NCBI GenBank assembly: GCA_964057225.1
Contig: OZ059895.1
Location: 22,320,001-22,384,000, forward strand
Direction: 5' to 3'
Origin: Auanema rhodensis
Taxonomy: Eukaryota > Animalia > Nematoda
DNA: 64,000 nt
Shown here in pieces: positions 57,091 through 64,000 of this stretch; positions within the stretch are counted from its first letter, which is position 1; each line of letters opens with the position of its first letter. Made by a program: the position numbers and the translations under genes. The notes beneath the pieces were generated by a model, which saw only the letters and a program-made list of their open reading frames with translations, had not been told where the DNA came from and did not search any database.

Positions 57091-58410
57091 TATTTTATTG
57101 ATATTGGTGCATGGCAACCATGACTTTAAAATTTACGTGAACTTTAATTTATGCTAATTAAGTGTACACATGTTGTGCACTTGGTATGTAACTCGCTTCA
57201 CGTCAAAGATAAAGAGATGCGGTTTTCAAAATTAGATTCCCCATGTCCATATTAGTCTAAAAACGAATTTTTATTGATATTGATGCATGGTAACCATGAC
57301 TTTGAAATTTACGTGAACTTTAATTTATGCTTATTAAGTGTACACGTGATGTGCACTTGGTATGTAACTTGCTTCACGTGAAAGATAAAGGGATGCGGTT
57401 TTCAAAATTAGATTCCACATGTCCATATTAGTCTAAAAACAAATTTTTGTTGATATTGGTGGATGGTAACCATGACTTTGTAATTTACGTGAACTTTAAT
57501 TTATGCTAATTAAGTGTACACGTGATGTGCACTTGGTATGTAACTCGCTTCACGTGAAAGATAAAGAGATGCGGTTTTCAAAATTAGATTCCTGATGTCC
57601 ATATCAGTCTAAAAACGAATTTTTATTGATATTGATGCATGGTAACCATGACTTTGAAATTTACGTGAACTTTAATTTATGCTTATTAAGTGTACACGTG
57701 ATGTGCACTTGGTATGTAACTTGCTTCACGTGAAAGATAAAGGGATGCGGTTTTCAAAATTAGATTCCCCATGTCCATATTAGTCTAAAAACAAATTTTT
57801 GTTGATATTGGTGGATGGTAACCATGACTTTGAAATTTACGTGAACTTTAATTTATGCTAATTAAGTGTACACGTGATGTGCACTCGGTATGTAACTCGC
57901 TTCACGTGAAATATGAAGAGATGCGGTTTTCAAAATTAGATTCCCCATGTCCATATTAGTCTAAAAACAAATTTTTATTAATATTGGTGCTTGGTAACCA
58001 TGACTTTGAAATTTACGTGAACTTTAATTTATGCTAATTAAGTGAACACATGATGTGCACTTGGTATGTAACTCGCTTCACGTGAAAGATAGAGAGATGC
58101 GGTTTTCAAAATAGATTCCCCATGTCCATATTAGTCTAAAAACGAATTTTTATTGATATTGATTCATGGTAACCATGACTTTGAAAAGTACGTGAACTTT
58201 AATTTATGCTAATTAAGTGAACACATGATGTGCACTTGGTATGTAACTCGCTTCACGTGAAAGATAAAGGGATGCGGTTTTCAAAAGTAGATTCCCCATG
58301 TCCATATTAGTCTAAAAACAAATTTTTATTAATATTGGTGCATGGTAACCATGACTTTGAAATTTACGTGAACTTTAATTTATGCTAATTAAGTGTACAC
58401 ATGATGTGCG

Positions 58411-61400
58411 CTTGGTATGTAACTCGCTTCACGTGAAAGATAGAGAGATGCGGTTTTCAAAATAGATTCCCCATGTCCATATTAGTCTAAAAACGAATTT
58501 TTATTGATATTGATTCATGGTAACCATGACTTTGAAAAGTACGTGAACTTTAATTTATGCTAATTAAGTGAACACATGATGTGCACTTGGTATGTAACTC
58601 GCTTCACGTGAAAGATAAAGGGATGCGGTTTTCAAAAGTAGATTCCCCATGTCCATATTAGTCTAAAAACAAATTTTTATTAATATTGGTGCATGGTAAC
58701 CATGACTTTGAAATTTACGTGAACTTTAATTTATGCTAATTAAGTGTACACATGATGTGCGCTTGGTATGTAACTCGCTTCACGTGAAAGATAAAGAGAT
58801 GCGGTTTTCAAAATTAGATTCCCCATTTCCATATTAGTCTAAAAACAATATTTTATTGATATTGGTGCATGGCAACCATGACTTTAAAATTTACGTGAAC
58901 TTTAATTTATGCTAATTGAGTGTACACATGTTGTGCACTTGGTATGTAACTCGCTTCACGTCAAAGATAAAGAGATGCGGTTTTCAAAATTAGATTCCCC
59001 ATGTCCATATTAGTCTAAAAACGAATTTTTATTGATATTGATGCATCCTAACCATGACTTTGAAATTTACGTGAACTTTAATTTATGCTTATTAAGTGTA
59101 CACGTGATGTGCACTTGGTATGTAACTTGCTTCACGTGAAAGATAAAGGGATGCGGTTTTCAAAATTAGATTTCCCATGTCCATATTAGTCTAAAAACAA
59201 ATTTTTGTTGATATTGGTGGATGGTAACCATGACTTTGAAATTTACGTGAACTTTAATTTATGCTAATTAAGTGTACACGTGATGTGCACTCGGTATGTA
59301 ACTCGCTTCACGTGAAATATGAAGAGATGCGGTTTTCAAAATTAGATTCCCCATGTCCATATTAGTCTAAAAACAAATTTTTATTGATATTGGTGCTTGG
59401 TAACCATGACTTTGAAATTTACGTGAACTTTAATTTATGCTTATTAAGTGTACACGTGATGTGCACTTGGTATGTAACTCGCTTCACGTGAAAGATAAAG
59501 GGATGCGGTTTTCAAAATTAGATTCCCCATGTCCATATTAGTCTAAAAACAAATTTTTATTAATATTGGTGCATGGTAACCATGACTTTGAAATTTACGT
59601 GAACTTTAATTTATGCTAATTAAGTGTACACATGATGTGCGCTTGGTATGTAACTCGCTTCACGTGAAAGATAAAGAGATGCGGTTTTCAAAATTAGATT
59701 CCCCATTTCCATATTAGTCTAAAAACAATATTTTATTGATATTGGTGCATGGCAACCATGACTTTAAAATTTACGTGAACTTTAATTTATGCTAATTAAG
59801 TGTACACATGATGTGCACTTGGTATGTAACTCGCTTCACGTCAAAGATAAAGAGATGCGGTTTTAAAAATTAGATTCCCCATGTCCATATTAGTCTAAAA
59901 ACAAATTTTTATTAATATTGGTGCATGGTAACCATGACTTTGAAATTTACGTGAACTTTAATTTATGCTAATTAAGTGTACACATGATGTGCGCTTGGTA
60001 TGTAACTCGCTTCACGTGAAAGATAAAGAGATGCGGTTTTCAAAATTAGATTCCCCATTTCCATATTAGTCTAAAAACAATATTTTATTGATATTGGTGC
60101 ATGGCAACCATGACTTTAAAATTTACGTGAACTTTAATTTATGCTAATTAAGTGTACACATGTTGTGCACTTGGTATGTAACTCGCTTCACGTCAAAGAT
60201 AAAGAGATGCGGTTTTCAAAATTAGATTCCCCATGTCCATATTAGTCTAAAAACGAATTTTTATTGATATTGATGCATGGTAACCATGACTTTGAAATTT
60301 ACGTGAACTTTAATTTATGCTTATTAAGTGTACACGTGATGTGCACTTGGTATGTAACTTGCTTCACGTGAAAGATAAAGGGATGCGGTTTTCAAAATTA
60401 GATTCCACATGTCCATATTAGTCTAAAAACAAATTTTTGTTGATATTGGTGGATGGTAACCATGACTTTGTAATTTACGTGAACTTTAATTTATGCTAAT
60501 TAAGTGTACACGTGATGTGCACTTGGTATGTAACTCGCTTCACGTGAAAGATAAAGAGATGCGGTTTTCAAAATTAGATTCCTCATGTCCATATCAGTCT
60601 AAAAACGAATTTTTATTGATATTGATGCATGGTAACCATGACTTTGAAATTTACATGAACTTTAATTTATGCTTATTAAGTGTACACGTGATGTGCACTT
60701 GGTATGTAACTTGCTTCACGTGAAAGATAAAGGGATGCGGTTTTCAAAATTAGATTCCCCATGTCCATATTAGTCTAAAAACAAATTTTTGTTGATATTG
60801 GTGGATGGTAACCATGACTTTGAAATTTACGTGAACTTTAATTTATGCTAATTAAGTGTACACGTGATGTGCACTCGGTATGTAACTCGCTTCACGTGAA
60901 ATATGAAGAGATGCGGTTTTCAAAATTAGATTCCCCATGTCCATATTAGTCTAAAAACAAATTTTTATTAATATTGGTGCTTGGTAACCATGACTTTGAA
61001 ATTTACGTGAACTTTAATTTATGCTAATTAAGTGAACACATGATGTGCACTTGGTATGTAACTCGCTTCACGTGAAAGATAGAGAGATGCGGTTTTCAAA
61101 ATAGATTCCCCATGTCCATATTAGTCTAAAAACGAATTTTTATTGATATTGATTCATGGTAACCATGACTTTGAAAAGTACGTGAACTTTAATTTATGCT
61201 AATTAAGTGAACACATGATGTGCACTTGGTATGTAACTCGCTTCACGTGAAAGATAAAGGGATGCGGTTTTCAAAAGTAGATTCCCCATGTCCATATTAG
61301 TCTAAAAACAAATTTTTATTAATATTGGTGCATGGTAACCATGACTTTGAAATTTACGTGAACTTTAATTTATGCTAATTAAGTGTACACATGATGTGCG

Positions 61401-63497
61401 CTTGGTATGTAACTCGCTTCACGTGAAAGATAAAGAGATGCGGTTTTCAAAATTAGATTCCCCATTTCCATATTAGTCTAAAAACAATATTTTATTGATA
61501 TTGGTGCATGGCAACCATGACTTTAAAATTTACGTGAACTTTAATTTATGCTAATTAAGTGTACACATGTTGTGCACTTGGTATGTAACTCGCTTCACGT
61601 CAAAGATAAAGAGATGCGGTTTTCAAAATTAGATTCCCCATGTCCATATTAGTCTAAAAACGAATTTTTATTGATATTGATGCATCCTAACCATGACTTT
61701 GAAATTTACGTGAACTTTAATTTATGCTTATTAAGTGTACACGTGATGTGCACTTGGTATGTAACTTGCTTCACGTGAAAGATAAAGGGATGCGGTTTTC
61801 AAAATTAGATTCCCCATGTCCATATTAGTCTAAAAACAAATTTTTGTTGATATTGGTGGATGGTAACCATGACTTTGAAATTTACGTGAACTTTAATTTA
61901 TGCTAATTAAGTGTACACGTGATGTGCACTCGGTATGTAACTCGCTTCACGTGAAATATGAAGAGATGCGGTTTTCAAAATTAGATTCCCCATGTCCATA
62001 TTAGTCTAAAAACAAATTTTTATTGATATTGGTGCTTGGTAACCATGACTTTGAAATTTACGTGAACTTTAATTTATGCTTATTAAGTGTACACGTGATG
62101 TGCACTTGGTATGTAACTCGCTTCACGTGAAAGATAAAGGGATGCGGTTTTCAAAATTAGATTCCCCATGTCCATATTAGTCTAAAAACAAATTTTTATT
62201 AATATTGGTGCATGGTAACCATGACTTTGAAATTTACGTGAACTTTAATTTATGCTAATTAAGTGTACACATGATGTGCGCTTGGTATGTAACTCGCTTC
62301 ACGTGAAAGATAAAGAGATGCGGTTTTCAAAATTAGATTCCCCATTTCCATATTAGTCTAAAAACAATATTTTATTGATATTGGTGCATGGCAACCATGA
62401 CTTTAAAATTTACGTGAACTTTAATTTATGCTAATTAAGTGTACACATGATGTGCACTTGGTATGTAACTCGCTTCACGTCAAAGATAAAGAGATGCGGT
62501 TTTAAAAATTAGATTCCCCATGTCCATATTAGTCTAAAAACAAATTTTTATTAATATTGGTGCATGGTAACCATGACTTTGAAATTTACGTGAACTTTAA
62601 TTTATGCTAATTAAGTGTACACATGATGTGCGCTTGGTATGTAACTCGCTTCACGTGAAAGATAAAGAGATGCGGTTTTCAAAATTAGATTCCCCATTTC
62701 CATATTAGTCTAAAAACAATATTTTATTGATATTGGTGCATGGCAACCATGACTTTAAAATTTACGTGAACTTTAATTTATGCTAATTAAGTGTACACAT
62801 GTTGTGCACTTGGTATGTAACTCGCTTCACGTCAAAGATAAAGAGATGCGGTTTTCAAAATTAGATTCCCCATGTCCATATTAGTCTAAAAACGAATTTT
62901 TATTGATATTGATGCATGGTAACCATGACTTTGAAATTTACGTGAACTTTAATTTATGCTTATTCAGTGTACACGTGATGTGCACTTGGTATGTAACTTG
63001 CTTCACGTGAAAGATAAAGGGATGCGGTTTTCAAAATTAGATTCCACATGTCCATATTAGTCTAAAAACAAATTTTTGTTGATATTGGTGGATGGTAACC
63101 ATGACTTTGTAATTTACGTGAACTTTAATTTATGCTAATTAAGTGTACACGTGATGTGCACTTGGTATGTAACTCGCTTCACGTGAAAGATAAAGAGATG
63201 CGGTTTTCAAAATTAGATTCCTCATGTCCATATCAGTCTAAAAACGAATTTTTATTGATATTGATGCATGGTAACCATGACTTTGAAATTTACATGAACT
63301 TTAATTTATGCTTATTAAGTGTACACGTGATGTGCACTTGGTATGTAACTTGCTTCACGTGAAAGATAAAGGGATGCGGTTTTCAAAATTAGATTCCCCA
63401 TGTCCATATTAGTCTAAAAACAAATTTTTGTTGATATTGGTGGATGGTAACCATGACTTTGAAATTTACGTGAACTTTAATTTATGCTAATTAAGTG
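58411..63497 (+). repeat. Local 15-mer tandem duplication, period 2639 bp (~1.9 copies)
   Basis: CATCCTAACC (CC at 59047/61686), TTTTAAAAAT (~59861/~62500), TTACATGAAC (~60651/~63290); ORF-track hits at 60493/63132; 2639 = 15x176-1. Confidence 0.93.
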
Positions 63498-64000
63498 AAC
63501 ACATGATGTGCACTTGGTATGTAACTCGCTTCACGTGAAAGATAGAGAGATGCGGTTTTCAAAATAGATTCCCCATGTCCATATTAGTCTAAAAACGAAT
63601 TTTTATTGATATTGATTCATGGTAACCATGACTTTGAAAAGTACGTGAACTTTAATTTATGCTAATTAAGTGAACACATGATGTGCACTTGGTATGTAAC
63701 TCGCTTCACGTGAAAGATAAAGGGATGCGGTTTTCAAAAGTAGATTCCCCATGTCCATATTAGTCTAAAAACAAATTTTTATTAATATTGGTGCATGGTA
63801 ACCATGACTTTGAAATTTACGTGAACTTTAATTTATGCTAATTAAGTGTACACATGATGTGCGCTTGGTATGTAACTCGCTTCACGTGAAAGATAAAGAG
63901 ATGCGGTTTTCAAAATTAGATTCCCCATTTCCATATTAGTCTAAAAACAATATTTTATTGATATTGGTGCATGGCAACCATGACTTTAAAATTTACGTGA

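Larger units (their letters stand above)
1..64000 (+). repeat. 176-bp tandem satellite DNA array (~364 monomers, single orientation, runs off both window ends); probable centromeric/pericentromeric satellite
   Basis: GTGC(A/G)C monomer start recurs at 1, 177, ... 2641, 5281, 7921 (exact multiples of 176). Monomers differ from consensus by only a few substitutions and occasional 1-bp indels (175/177-bp forms). The centromeric role is inferred from monomer length, homogeneity and array size only. Confidence 0.99.

Noticed and set aside
27075-63362. Twelve 60-76 aa ORFs (ML(I/F)KCT...) in the ORF track
   Set aside because: They are translations of the satellite monomer where the single in-frame TAG has mutated (TAG>CAG or TAG>TAT). 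176 is not a multiple of 3, so the frame closes in the next monomer. I recognise no protein motif. One stop in ~58 codons in one of six frames is unremarkable at this base composition. They are useful only as HOR markers.
1-64000. CRISPR array or other repeat-spacer system
   Set aside because: There are no unique spacers; the entire 176 bp repeats, and no cas or other genes are present.
1-64000. Embedded transposon, inversion or telomeric repeat
   Set aside because: Monomer phase and orientation are continuous throughout; I saw no foreign or reverse-strand segment.

Overview
The whole 64-kb window is one uninterrupted head-to-tail array of a 176-bp AT-rich satellite. It holds about 364 monomers, all in one orientation, and my hand-derived consensus is about 32% GC. 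I saw no genes, transposon insertions, inversions or unique sequence. Consensus in the phase of position 1: GTGCACTTGGTATGTAACTCGCTTCACGTGAAAGATAAAGAGATGCGGTTTTCAAAATTAGATTCCCCATGTCCATATTAGTCTAAAAACAAATTTTTATTGATATTGGTGCATGGTAACCATGACTTTGAAATTTACGTGAACTTTAATTTATGCTAATTAAGTGTACACATGAT. Monomer length, homogeneity and array size resemble a eukaryotic centromeric or pericentromeric satellite; this is inference, and I do not recognise the family or species. The informative structure lies in the variants. There is no single global higher-order repeat (HOR). Instead there is a patchwork of short local tandem duplications of 2, 3, 5, 6, 7, 8, 11, 15, 16 and 18 monomers, each only 2-3 copies long and breaking inside monomers. 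These sit on a recurring ~8-monomer order of monomer types, and the variant set turns over near 22.7 kb. The monomer is rich in dyad symmetries, and many variants are CpG<->TpG/CpA changes. The 12 listed ORFs are stop-loss artefacts of the repeat. All boundaries were read by eye and are approximate.
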